From contig JAKOVQ010000016.1 in assembly GCA_029781975.1 (NCBI GenBank), positions 530,086 to 594,085 of the forward strand: a stretch of DNA of 64,000 nt, given 5' to 3'. Source of the stretch: Acidobacteriota bacterium (GTDB lineage Bacteria; Acidobacteriota; Thermoanaerobaculia; UBA5066). The position numbers and the translations under genes are program-made. A model generated the notes under the pieces. It worked only from the letters and a program-made list of their open reading frames with translations, searched no databases and was not told where the DNA came from. Position 1 is the first letter of the stretch. Each line of letters starts with the position of its first letter. This document shows positions 29,841 through 39,290 of the stretch, piece after piece.

Positions 29841-32800
29841 CTACTCCGCGGCGGCGGAAGGAGCGGCGGCGGCCGCGGCCGGCCGCAGCGCCGGGACGAA
29901 GCGCCCGAGGAAGCTCCGGAGGGGCTTCTTCCGGTTCCAGTCGTCGAAGAGGCTGTAGGCGATCGGGGTCCCGACGAGGGTCAGGAGGAGCGCGAGCGTC
30001 TGGCCGCCGATGATGACGCTCGCGATGGCGCGGTTCGTCCCCGCGCCGGTCCCCGAGGAGGCGACCAGCGGGAGCATGCCGGCGACGAACGCGAGCGTCG
30101 TCATCAGGATCGGCCGGAGCCGGTCGCGGTTGGCGCGGCGGATCGCCTCGTCGCGCGGGACCCCCTGGTTGCGCAGGGCGATCATGTTGTCGATCTGCAG
30201 GATGCCGTTCTTCTTCACGATCCCGAAGAGGACGAGGATGCCGAGCGACGAGAAGATGTTGATCGACTGGTTGAGGGCGACGATCGACAGGAGCGCGAAC
30301 GGCACCGTGAGCGGCAGCGCGAGGAGGATCGAGACGGGGTGGACCCAGCTCTCGAACTGCGCGGCGAGGATGAGGTACATGAAGACGATCGAGAGGACGA
30401 ACGCCGTCAGGAACGCGGCGGCGGCCTTCCCCTGCTCGCGCGACTTGCCGGTGAGCCCCGAGGTGTAGCCGGGGGGCATGTCCAGCTCCCGCGCCTTCGC
30501 CTGGAGCGCGTCGATGATCGTCTGCGAGGAGAAGCCGGGGAGGACGTTGCACGAGAGGAGCACCTGCCGCTGGCGGGCGATCCGGTTGACGAGCGACAGC
30601 CCGGTCCCCTCCTCAAGCTGCACGACGTCGCGGAGCGAGACGGTCCCCTTCGCGGAGGGGATCCGCGCCTGGGCGATCGCCCCGGCGCTCTCGCGGTCGC
30701 GGGGCTCCGCCCGCACGCGGACCTCGTACTGCTCGCCCCCCTCGTAGTAGTCGCTCACCTTCTGCCCGCCGACGAGGACGTTCAGGGTGGTGGCGACGTC
30801 CTGGACCCTCACGCCGAGGTCGGCCGACTTGGCGCGGTCGATGCGGGCTCCCAGCTCCGGCTTCCCCTCGATGAGGTTCGTGTCGGCGTCGACGACGCCG
30901 GGGGTGGCCTTCAGCGTCTCCATCAGGGCGCGGGAGTAGTCGCCGAGCTTCTTCAGGTCGGGCCCGCCGATCCAGAACTGGATCTCGGCGTTCGACCCGC
31001 CGCGGAAGGCGTTGACCGGCGTCACCTGGGCTCTCAGGCCCAGCGAGGCGTAGAGCGGCAGGATCTCCTTCCGGATCCGGTCCATCAGGACGAACTGGTC
31101 GTCCTTCCGCTCCTTCACCGGGGCGAGCTTGACGTAGAGGCTCCCGAGGTTCTGGGTCTGCTGCGGGTCGTCGCCGATCGTCAGGAGCGTGGCCGTCACG
31201 CCGGGGAGCTTCCTCACGCGCGTCCCGATCGACTCCAGGACCTGCCGCGTCGTGTCGACGCTCGCCCCTTCGGGGGCCCTCACGATGACGTCGAACTGCG
31301 ACTCGTCGTCGAGGGGGAGGAAGTTCTTGTTCGCGATCTTCCCGAGCGGGACGGTCGAGAAGAGGACGAGGACGAGGATCCCGACGACGGCGGCCCGGTG
31401 GCGCATCGCCAGGTCGAGGACGGCCATGTAGGCGCGCTCGACGTACGGGTAGAACCCCCTGGCGCGCGAGTGCTCCTCCCCCTCGATGTCGGCCGCCTTC
31501 AGCCAGCGCGAGGCGAGCATCGGGGTGAGGGTGAAGGCGACGACGATCGAGACGGCGATGGCGAACGCCATCGTCACGCCGAACGACGCCATGAAGCGCC
31601 CGACGATCCCCCCCATGAACGCCACGGGGAGGAAGACCGCGATCAGCGAGAGGCTCATCGCGACGACCGCCAGGCCGATCTCGCGGGTGCCGTCGACGGC
31701 GGCCTGGATCGCCGAGACCCCCTTCTCCTCCATGTGGCGGAAGATGATCTCCAGGACGACCACGGCGTCGTCGACGACGATCCCGACCGCGAGCGTCAGC
31801 GCGAGGAGCGTGATGACGTTGAGCGTGTAGCCCATCCAGTCGAGGGCGGAGAAGGTGGCGATGAGCGAGGCCGGGATCGAGACGGCGGCGATGAGGGTGG
31901 GGCGGAGCTTCCTGAGGAAGAGCCAGACGACGAGCGCGGCGAAGATCGACCCGAGGACGAGGTGCTCCTTCACGGCGTCGACGGCGGAGACGACGTACTC
32001 GGACTGGTCCCTCACGAGGTCGACCTTCCAGCCGGCCGGGAGCTGCTTCGTCAGGGCGTCGACCCTCTCCTTGATCCTCTCGACGACCTCGATCGTGTTG
32101 GTCCCCGACTGCTTGCGGACCTGGAGGACGACCGCCGGCTCCCCGTTCAGGCTGGCCATCGTCTCGACCTCGGCCTGCGAGTCCTCCACGCGGGCGACGT
32201 CGGAGACGTGGACCGGCTGGCCCGAGCGAACGGCGATCGGGATCGAGCCGAGCTCGGACGGCGTCGAGACGCGCCCGTAGGTCCGGAGCGTCAGGTCGCG
32301 GGCCCCCTGCTCGACCTTCCCGCCGGGGACCTGGACGTTCTGGGTCTGGAGGGCGCGGACCACGTCGGCGACGGTGAGGTCGAGGCCGGAGAGGCGGGCG
32401 CCGTCGACGACGACGTTCACCTGCCGCGCCCGCCCGCCGACGAGCCGGACCTGGCCGACCCCGAGGACCGACTCGAGGGACCTGCGGTACTTCTTGTCGG
32501 CGAACTCGGTCAGCTCGCGGATCGGCGCGGGGCCGGAGAGGACGACGGAGACGACCGGCGTGGCGTCGGGGTCGATCTTCTCGATCACCGGCGGGTCGGC
32601 GTCGCGCGGCAGGTCGGCGAGGACGGCGTTGACGCGGTCGCGCACCTCCTGGGCGGCGACGTCGCCGTCCTTCTCCAGGACGAACTGGACCGTGACGACG
32701 GAGACCCCCTCGGCCGAGACCGAGATCAGCTGGTCGATGCCGCTGATGGTGTTGACCGCCTCCTCGATCTTGTCCGAGACCTCCGTCTCGATCTCCTCCG

Positions 32801-32969
32801 GGGCGGCGCCGACGAGCCGGGTCGTGATCGTGACGAACGGGAAGTCGATGTTGGGGAAGCGGTCGACGCCGAGCCTCCGGTAGGAGAAGAGGCCGACGAC
32901 GACGAGCGCCAGGACGAGGACGGCGGCGAAGACGGGGCGGCGGACGCAGATCTCGGCGAGCTTGTTCAC
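29841..32969 (-). CDS. RND efflux pump inner-membrane transporter (AcrB/HAE1 family)
   Basis: 1042 aa; MNKLAEICVRRPVFAAVLV... canonical RND N-terminus, 12 TM + two large periplasmic loops. Confidence 0.95.
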   Translation of the reverse strand: MNKLAEICVRRPVFAAVLVLALVVVGLFSYRRLGVDRFPNIDFPFVTITTRLVGAAPEEIETEVSDKIEEAVNTISGIDQLISVSAEGVSVVTVQFVLEKDGDVAAQEVRDRVNAVLADLPRDADPPVIEKIDPDATPVVSVVLSGPAPIRELTEFADKKYRRSLESVLGVGQVRLVGGRARQVNVVVDGARLSGLDLTVADVVRALQTQNVQVPGGKVEQGARDLTLRTYGRVSTPSELGSIPIAVRSGQPVHVSDVARVEDSQAEVETMASLNGEPAVVLQVRKQSGTNTIEVVERIKERVDALTKQLPAGWKVDLVRDQSEYVVSAVDAVKEHLVLGSIFAALVVWLFLRKLRPTLIAAVSIPASLIATFSALDWMGYTLNVITLLALTLAVGIVVDDAVVVLEIIFRHMEEKGVSAIQAAVDGTREIGLAVVAMSLSLIAVFLPVAFMGGIVGRFMASFGVTMAFAIAVSIVVAFTLTPMLASRWLKAADIEGEEHSRARGFYPYVERAYMAVLDLAMRHRAAVVGILVLVLFSTVPLGKIANKNFLPLDDESQFDVIVRAPEGASVDTTRQVLESIGTRVRKLPGVTATLLTIGDDPQQTQNLGSLYVKLAPVKERKDDQFVLMDRIRKEILPLYASLGLRAQVTPVNAFRGGSNAEIQFWIGGPDLKKLGDYSRALMETLKATPGVVDADTNLIEGKPELGARIDRAKSADLGVRVQDVATTLNVLVGGQKVSDYYEGGEQYEVRVRAEPRDRESAGAIAQARIPSAKGTVSLRDVVQLEEGTGLSLVNRIARQRQVLLSCNVLPGFSSQTIIDALQAKARELDMPPGYTSGLTGKSREQGKAAAAFLTAFVLSIVFMYLILAAQFESWVHPVSILLALPLTVPFALLSIVALNQSINIFSSLGILVLFGIVKKNGILQIDNMIALRNQGVPRDEAIRRANRDRLRPILMTTLAFVAGMLPLVASSGTGAGTNRAIASVIIGGQTLALLLTLVGTPIAYSLFDDWNRKKPLRSFLGRFVPALRPAAAAAAPSAAAE

Positions 32970-32987
32970 GGCGGCTCCGCGGGCGGC

Positions 32988-33893
32988 TCAGCGCGTCCCG
33001 CGCCCGGTGAGGTCGAGCGCCACGCGCGCGAAGAGGCCGGGACGGAGCCGGCCGTCGCGGTTCTCGAAGAGGGCCTCGACGATGAAGGTCCGGCTCGCGG
33101 GGTCGATCGCCGGGACGACGACCGACACCTTTCCGGAGAACGTCTCGCCGGGGTAGGGGTCGACCTGGGCACGGACCGGGGCTCCGGCGGCCGCGGCGCC
33201 GACGTAGCGCTCCGGGACGCGGAAGCGGAGCTTCAAGGGCGCGGTCTGGACGACGACGAAGGCCACCGTCCCCTCGCTCAGCCGCTCGCCGACGTCGACG
33301 CGCCTCTCGAGGACGACGCCGTCGATCGGTGCCGCCAGGACGGCGTCGGCGAGCCGCTGGCGGGCCAGGTCGAGGGAGGCCTTCGCCCCCTGCTGCGCGG
33401 CGCGGGCCCCGTCGTAGGCGGCCTGCGACCGGTCGAAGGCGGCCTGGGCCACCGACTCGCGTCCGACGAGCTCCTTCTTCCGGGCGAAGTCCCGCTCCGC
33501 CTCGGCGAAGGCGGCCGCGGCCCGGGCGGCCTCGGCCTCGGCGCGCGCGACGTCGAGCTTCAGGTAGTCGGTCTCCAGGTCGAGGAGCGGCTGGCCCTTC
33601 GCGACGCGCGCCCCCTCGTCCACGAGGATCCGGGCGACGCGCCCCGTCACCTTCGAGACGAGCTCGGAGCGGACGGGGGGGACGAACTCGCCGGTGGCGT
33701 CGAGGACGTCCGGCGCGGACGAGGCCTTCGCCTGCGGGGCGGCCACGCTCCTCTCGAGCGCCTTCACGTCGTCCGGAAGCGGGGCCTTCGGGTCGGCCTT
33801 CTTCTCGGCGACGGCCGTGGGGCGGGCGCAGCCGGCGAGGGCGAGGCCGAGGGCCAGGGCGGGAGCGAGGGCCGAGAGGGCTCGGACGTTCAT
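32988..33893 (-). CDS. RND efflux periplasmic adaptor (membrane fusion) lipoprotein
   Basis: ATG 33893 (MNVRALSALAPALALGLALAGC lipobox) with AGGAGA RBS; start ATG overlaps OMF stop (ATGA); coiled coil + beta-barrel/MP domains. Confidence 0.9.
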   Translation of the reverse strand: MNVRALSALAPALALGLALAGCARPTAVAEKKADPKAPLPDDVKALERSVAAPQAKASSAPDVLDATGEFVPPVRSELVSKVTGRVARILVDEGARVAKGQPLLDLETDYLKLDVARAEAEAARAAAAFAEAERDFARKKELVGRESVAQAAFDRSQAAYDGARAAQQGAKASLDLARQRLADAVLAAPIDGVVLERRVDVGERLSEGTVAFVVVQTAPLKLRFRVPERYVGAAAAGAPVRAQVDPYPGETFSGKVSVVVPAIDPASRTFIVEALFENRDGRLRPGLFARVALDLTGRGTR

Positions 33894-35316
33894 CGGGAGG
33901 TCTCCTTGAGGGCGGCGGGGGCGAGGCTGCCGGCGGCGTACCAGGCGTCGACCTCGGCGAGGAAGACGCCGAGCCTCGCGACCACCTGGCCGCGCCGGGC
34001 GTCGGCGAGGGAGGTCTCGGCGGACTGCAGCTCGACGGCGGTGAGGAGCTGGTTCCGGTACTGGTCGAAGCTCTGGTCGTACTCGGCCTGGGCGGCCTGG
34101 AGCCGCTCGTCGGCGAGGCGCACCTTCGCCCGCGCCGCCTCGAGGGAGACGAGGGAGATCCGGACGTCCTCGCCGGCCCGCCGCCTGAGGTCGTCGAGCG
34201 TCAGGGCGGCCTGGGCCTCGCGCTCGCCGGCTCCGGCGACCCGGGCGGAGATCTCGCCGCCGCGGAAGAGGTCGAAGCTCAGGCGGAGCGCGCCGTAGCC
34301 GTAGGCGTCGACGGGGAAGGCGCGCTTCTGCTGGATCCACCCCGCCTCGGCGAAGAGGACGGGGAGGTGCGCCCCCTTCTGCTTCTTCACCTCGAGCGTC
34401 GCCGAGGCGAGCGCGATCTCGGCCTGCGCCACGTCGGGGCGCCGGAGGGCCCGCGCGGAGAGCTCCGCCTCGTCGGGAAGGGGAGGGAGGGCGGAGTCGG
34501 GGAGGGCCAGCTCGACCGGGCCGTCCAGGGCGAGCTCCACGCGGAGCTGGCCGAGGAGCCGGTCGTACGCCTCTCGCGCGCTGATCACCCGCTCCTCGGC
34601 GGCCTTCTGGTCCGCCTCGGCGCGCAGGAGGTCGACGCGCGTCGTCTCTCCCGCCTCGAAGAGGTCCCGCGCCTGCTTCAGGCGCCGCCCGACGAGCTCC
34701 CGGTTCATCGTCTCCACGTCGACGAGCGAGCGGGCGCCGAGGGCAGACGCGTAGAGGGAGGCGACCCGCGAGAGGACGCCCTCCTCGGCCGCGCGGCCCG
34801 TCTGGAGGGCGCTCTGGACCCCGAGCTTCGCCTGGTCGTACGACCGCTTCTCGCGCAGCCCCGCGAAGAGGGGCTGCGTGGCGACGATCCTGTAGTCCCA
34901 GTCCTCGCGCGGGAGGACGAGCCTCGTGTCGGGCGGGTCGCCGAAGGAGACCTCGGTGCTGTTGAGCGCGAGGTTCCCCTGCGCGCTGATCCTGGGGAGG
35001 ATCTGGGCGAGCGCCGTGCGGCGCTGCGCGTCGGCGGCCGGCACCTCGCGACGGGCCCGCTGGAGGTTCCGGCTGGCCTCCATCGCGCGGGCGAACGCCC
35101 CGGGGAGCGTCAGGACCGGAGGAGCGGCCGTGGCGGCCGGAGCGGAGCCTTCGGACGCCTCGGGGGCTGCCGGCGTGGCGGAGGACGCCGGCTGGCCGGG
35201 CGGGGCCTGCGCCGGGGCCGCAGCGAGGGCCGGGCCGGCGGGTGCTGCGAGGAGCGCCGCGAGGGCCGCGGCGCCCAGCGCGGCCGGAGGCCGGCCGGGG
35301 GGGCGTGAGGTCACGT
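33890..35316 (-). CDS. TolC-family outer-membrane efflux protein
   Basis: GTG 35316 preceded by GGAGGA-N4; signal peptide VTSRPPGRPPAALGAAALAALLAAPAGPALAAA; two OMF repeats; overlaps tetR stop by 6 nt. Confidence 0.85.
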
Positions 35317-35943
35317 GATCCTCCTGTCGGCCCCGACGCCGCCGAGGACGGCGTCGAGGACCAGCTGGACGTCCGCCTCCGGAGGGGGCGGCTCCTTCTC
35401 GTTGAGGCGCCTGAGGACGAGGCCGTTCATCCCCTCGGCCAGGAAGAGGGCGAGGCGGCCGGGGCGGTCGCAGAGGAGCTCGCCGCGCGCGCGGGCGGCG
35501 TCGAAGAAGGCCGCGAGCTTCTCGAGGTAGGCGTCGTAGAGGGGATGGGTGCCGCGCTCCCGGCAGGCGCTCGCGCTCGCGTCGCCCGGGTGGGCGACGT
35601 CGAGGTAGATCCGGAAGAACTCCCGGCGGGCCTCGAAGAAGTCGACCTGTTTCCGGAGCGCCTCCCCGAGGACCTCCCGGACGGGCCCCGGCCGGGAGAG
35701 GACGTCCGATTGCCCGGCGAGGAGCTCCTCGAACGCCGCCTCGGCGAGGTGCCGGACCAGCTCGTCCCTCCCCTGGAAGTAGAGGTAGAGGGTCCCCTTG
35801 GCCAGTCCCGCCTCGGTTGCGATCTCCTGCATCGTCGCTGCCGAAAGGCCCCTCCGCGCGATGACGCGCAGGGCGGCGGCCTCGATCTCCAGAACCCTCA
35901 CGGGCCCGAGGACGTCGCGGAGCTTTCGGGCGCTGGTGGGCAT
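35311..35943 (-). CDS. TetR/AcrR-family transcriptional repressor
   Basis: 210 aa; N-terminal HTH TMQEIATEAGLAKGTLYLYF; first gene of the tetR-OMF-MFP-RND operon. Confidence 0.9.
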   Translation of the reverse strand: MPTSARKLRDVLGPVRVLEIEAAALRVIARRGLSAATMQEIATEAGLAKGTLYLYFQGRDELVRHLAEAAFEELLAGQSDVLSRPGPVREVLGEALRKQVDFFEARREFFRIYLDVAHPGDASASACRERGTHPLYDAYLEKLAAFFDAARARGELLCDRPGRLALFLAEGMNGLVLRRLNEKEPPPPEADVQLVLDAVLGGVGADRRIT

Positions 35944-35953
35944 CGTCTCCTCT

Positions 35954-35973
35954 CGCTGACCGGTCGGTCAGCG
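35954..35973. promoter_or_regulatory. inverted-repeat candidate TetR operator
   Basis: CGCTGACCG-gt-CGGTCAGCG (9-bp arms, 2-bp spacer) 11 nt upstream of the tetR ATG in the operon promoter region. Confidence 0.5.
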
Positions 35974-36093
35974 AACCAGCAGGATACGCGACGGCGTCTC
36001 GTTTGGTTTCATCGATCACCGGATCGGGCGATCCCGCCCGGACGCCTGGCCGGGCTGGCGGCCCTTTCGGGCGGTGTGACACCATGCCCGGGC

Positions 36094-36495
36094 GTGGCCC
36101 GGTCGCTCACCCTCACGCTCCTCGAGACGCCCCTCGCCCTCGTCCGCCTCGGCGCGGACGCGGAGGTCCCCGGCTGGGCGACCGCCGGGCCCTTCTCGTC
36201 GGTGACGCGGACGGTGGAGGAGCTCTCGATCGTCTGCGCCGAGTCGCTCGTCCCGGAGGGCTTCGCCCGCGAGCCCGGATTCCGCGCGCTCAAGCTCGAG
36301 GGACCGTTCCCCCTCGACGAGGTGGGGATCCTGGCCTCGGTCGCCTCTCCCCTCGCGGCCGCAGGGGTCGCGCTCTTCGTCCTCGCCACGTTCGACACCG
36401 ACTACGTCCTCGTGAAGGCCGACCGGGTCGGCGCCGCCTCCCGCGCGCTCGAGGCCGCGGGGCACCGCGTCGTCCGGGCGGCCGGCCCGAGCTGA
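36094..36495 (+). CDS. small ACT-domain-containing protein
   Basis: Real C-terminal 133 aa of the 417-aa composite ORF (GTG 36094 or 36076); ...VALFVLATFDTDYVLVKADRVGAASRALEAAGHRV typical of stand-alone ACT domain proteins. Confidence 0.65.
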   Translation: MARSLTLTLLETPLALVRLGADAEVPGWATAGPFSSVTRTVEELSIVCAESLVPEGFAREPGFRALKLEGPFPLDEVGILASVASPLAAAGVALFVLATFDTDYVLVKADRVGAASRALEAAGHRVVRAAGPS

Positions 36496-36505
36496 AGGGG
36501 GACCC

Positions 36506-37276
36506 ATGCCGCTCCGTCTCGTCGCCTTCCACGCCTATCCGCTCGGCTCCGGGATGTGGGGCTTCGTCTCCGGCGCGGCCGCGTCGGGAGCCCTCGGAGC
36601 CGACGTCGAGGTGGTGGCGCCGGACTACCGGGGGCGGGGCGCCTCGGCGCTGCCGGCCGCGGCCGAGCACACGATGCCGCTCCTCGCGAAGGACGCCCTC
36701 CCGCTCCTCTCGGGCGACGACCCGTTCGTCCTGATGGGCCTCTCGATGGGGGGATACGTCGCCCTCGAGCTCCTCGCGCGGCTCGACCCGGCGCACCGCG
36801 CGCGCCTCCGCGGCGTCGTCCTCTGCGACACGAGGGCGGGCGCGGACGACGAGGCGGGGAGGAAGAAGCGCACCGACTCGGCCGCGGCGATCGAGCGCGA
36901 CGGGATGGGACCCGTCGCCGAGGCGATGCTCCCGCAGTTCCTCGCCCCCGGCTCGCGGGGCGGGGCGCTGGAGGCGCTCGTCCGCGGCATGGTCCTGGCG
37001 ACGCCCCCCGCCGCGGCCGCGGCCGACCAGCGCGGCATGGCGCAGCGCGCCGACCGGTTCGACGTCCTCGGGTCCCTTTCGGTCCCGCTCCTCCTCGCCG
37101 TCGGGGAGGGCGACGCGCTCACGCCGCCGGCCGAGAGCGAGAGGATGGCCGAGGCGGCGGGGAACGCCCCGTCGGTCTCCTTCGTCTCGATCCCCGACGC
37201 GGCGCACCTCGCCCCGCTGGAGAGGCCGGAGCTCTTCCTCCCGGCCCTCGGGACCTTCCTCGACCGCTGCCGCTAG
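36506..37276 (+). CDS. alpha/beta-hydrolase fold protein
   Basis: 256 aa; GLSMGG nucleophile elbow; 10 nt after ACT-protein stop. Confidence 0.85.
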   Translation: MPLRLVAFHAYPLGSGMWGFVSGAAASGALGADVEVVAPDYRGRGASALPAAAEHTMPLLAKDALPLLSGDDPFVLMGLSMGGYVALELLARLDPAHRARLRGVVLCDTRAGADDEAGRKKRTDSAAAIERDGMGPVAEAMLPQFLAPGSRGGALEALVRGMVLATPPAAAAADQRGMAQRADRFDVLGSLSVPLLLAVGEGDALTPPAESERMAEAAGNAPSVSFVSIPDAAHLAPLERPELFLPALGTFLDRCR

Positions 37277-37298
37277 GACGCGCCTCGCCGGGCGTGCG

Positions 37299-37886
37299 CT
37301 ACTTCGGGGCCGTCTTCTCGGCCGCGACCGGCTTCAGCGCCGGGTCGAGGTGCATCAGGACCGCCTGCCGGTCCCAGTTGTCGACGCCGAAGATCCGGAA
37401 GACGACGACGTACTCCCCCTTCTTGAGCGGCTTCTCCGTCGTGAGCCTCCAGGTGCCGTTCGGGTCGCCGTCGGCCACCAGCCGGGGTCCGCTGAGCGAG
37501 TTGATCCGCGTCCCCGGCGCCACGCCGTCCAGGGGGTAGACGTTCACGCTGAGCGACTCGATCTTCCCGACGAACTTCGGGAAGATCCCGCCGGCCTTCG
37601 CGATCGCCCGGAAGCCCGTCGAGACCGGCTTGTCGAGCATCCAGCAGACGTCCTCGCCGTGCCTGATCGCGTGGACGCGGGCGGCCAGCTCCTCGTCCGT
37701 CAGGGGGACCGTCTTCTGGCCGTCGATCGAGAGCTCGGCGCAGTGGCCGTTCCGGTCGACGCACTTCATCTCGCCTTCCGCCTCGTTCGGCGCGCACCGC
37801 TCGCGCTGCGGCTTGTCCGCGGCGGCGACCGGGCCCGCCAGGAGCAGCGCCGCCACGAGCGGCGCGATCCGTGCCGTGATCCTCAT
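37299..37886 (-). CDS. secreted hypothetical protein (4 Cys)
   Basis: ATG 37886 with AGGAGG 6 nt upstream; MRITARIAPLVAALLLAGPVAAA signal peptide; 195 aa; the 300 upstream codons of the annotated 504-aa ORF are Arg/Gly junk. Confidence 0.65.
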   Translation of the reverse strand: MRITARIAPLVAALLLAGPVAAADKPQRERCAPNEAEGEMKCVDRNGHCAELSIDGQKTVPLTDEELAARVHAIRHGEDVCWMLDKPVSTGFRAIAKAGGIFPKFVGKIESLSVNVYPLDGVAPGTRINSLSGPRLVADGDPNGTWRLTTEKPLKKGEYVVVFRIFGVDNWDRQAVLMHLDPALKPVAAEKTAPK

Positions 37887-37957
37887 CTGAACCTCCTCGG
37901 GAATCTTCCCGGGGATTCTCTCGCGACTCCCGCCGAACGGGTGGGTCCCCGAGAGGA

Positions 37958-39205
37958 TCATCCTTTGACGCAGACGACCTGCCGCAGCGTGTGGACCACC
38001 TCCACCAGGTCCCTCTGCGCCCGCATCACCGCCTCGATCGGCTTGTAGGCGGCGGGGGTCTCGTCGAGGACCCCCTCGTCCTTGCGGCATTCGACCCCCA
38101 CGGTCGCGGCCGCGTGGTCGGCGACGGTGAAGAGCCGCCGGGCCTGGTTGCGCGAGAAGGCCCGCCCGGCGCCGTGGCTGCAGCTTTCGAAGCTCTCGGG
38201 GTTGCCGAGGCCGCGGACGATGAAGGAGCGCGCCCCCATGCTCCCGGGGACGATCCCGAGCTCCCCCCGGCCGGCGCGGACGGCTCCCTTGCGCGTCACG
38301 AAGAGCTCCCGCCCGTAGTGGGTCTCGCGGGCGACGTAGTTGTGGTGGCAGTTGACCGCCTCCACGGCCGCCGCGAAGGGGGGGAGCCCCGCGTCGCGCG
38401 CCAGCGCCTCGACGACGGCGGTCATCATCAGCTCGCGGTTGACGAAGGCGTACCGCTGCGCCCAGCCGACGGCGTGGACGTACTCCCCGAAGTGAAGGGT
38501 CCCTTCGGAGAGGTAGGCGAGGTCGGCGTCGGGGAGGTTCGAGAGGTGCGCGCGCATGTCCTCCTTCGCCAGCTCGCTGAAGCGGGTCCCGATCCGGTTG
38601 CCGACGCCGCGCGACCCGGAGTGGAGGAGGACCCAGACCGCGTCGGCCTCGTCGAGGCAGAGCTCGATGAAGTGGTTCCCCGTCCCGAGCGTCCCGAGGT
38701 GCCGGGCCGGGTGGTTGCCGCGGTCGAGGTCGGGGTGGGCCTCGAGGATCCGCCGGTACCCCGGCTCCAGCTCGCGCCACGCCGCCAGGGCCCGCTCGGG
38801 CGGATGCCCCCACGCCCCGCGGTCGTTGCGTCCGCCGTGGTCGGTCCTCCCGACCGGGACGGCGCCCTCGATGGCCGAGCGGACGGGACGGAGGTCGGAC
38901 GGGAGGTCGCCCGCGGTCAGCGACGTGCGCGAGGCGATCATCCCGCAGCCGATGTCGACGCCGACCGCGGCCGGGATGATGGCGCCGATCGTCGGGATGA
39001 CGCTCCCGACGGTCGCGCCGATCCCGACGTGGACGTCGGGCATCGCCGCGACCCAGCCCCAGACCACCGGGAGGCGCGCCGCGTTGGCGAGCTGCTTCTC
39101 GGCCTGGGGGTCACACGGGACGCCGAGGGTCCACGCCTTGATCGGGACCCCCCCCGTCTCGAGGAGGCGATAGGCGGGTGCGGCCCTCTCCCGCTGCTTC
39201 TTCAC
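37958..39205 (-). CDS. rtcB: RtcB RNA-splicing ligase (3'-phosphate/5'-OH RNA ligase)
   Basis: 415 aa; metal/GTP-binding motifs [29 protein letters not shown]. Confidence 0.93.
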   Translation of the reverse strand: MKKQRERAAPAYRLLETGGVPIKAWTLGVPCDPQAEKQLANAARLPVVWGWVAAMPDVHVGIGATVGSVIPTIGAIIPAAVGVDIGCGMIASRTSLTAGDLPSDLRPVRSAIEGAVPVGRTDHGGRNDRGAWGHPPERALAAWRELEPGYRRILEAHPDLDRGNHPARHLGTLGTGNHFIELCLDEADAVWVLLHSGSRGVGNRIGTRFSELAKEDMRAHLSNLPDADLAYLSEGTLHFGEYVHAVGWAQRYAFVNRELMMTAVVEALARDAGLPPFAAAVEAVNCHHNYVARETHYGRELFVTRKGAVRAGRGELGIVPGSMGARSFIVRGLGNPESFESCSHGAGRAFSRNQARRLFTVADHAAATVGVECRKDEGVLDETPAAYKPIEAVMRAQRDLVEVVHTLRQVVCVKG

Positions 39206-39290
39206 GTCCGAGGCTCTCCCGTCGCCCGATCGTCTCCCGGCGGGCGCGTCCGAGGAAGAGGGGAGGCGCCGGCGGTCCTATCATCGGCCG

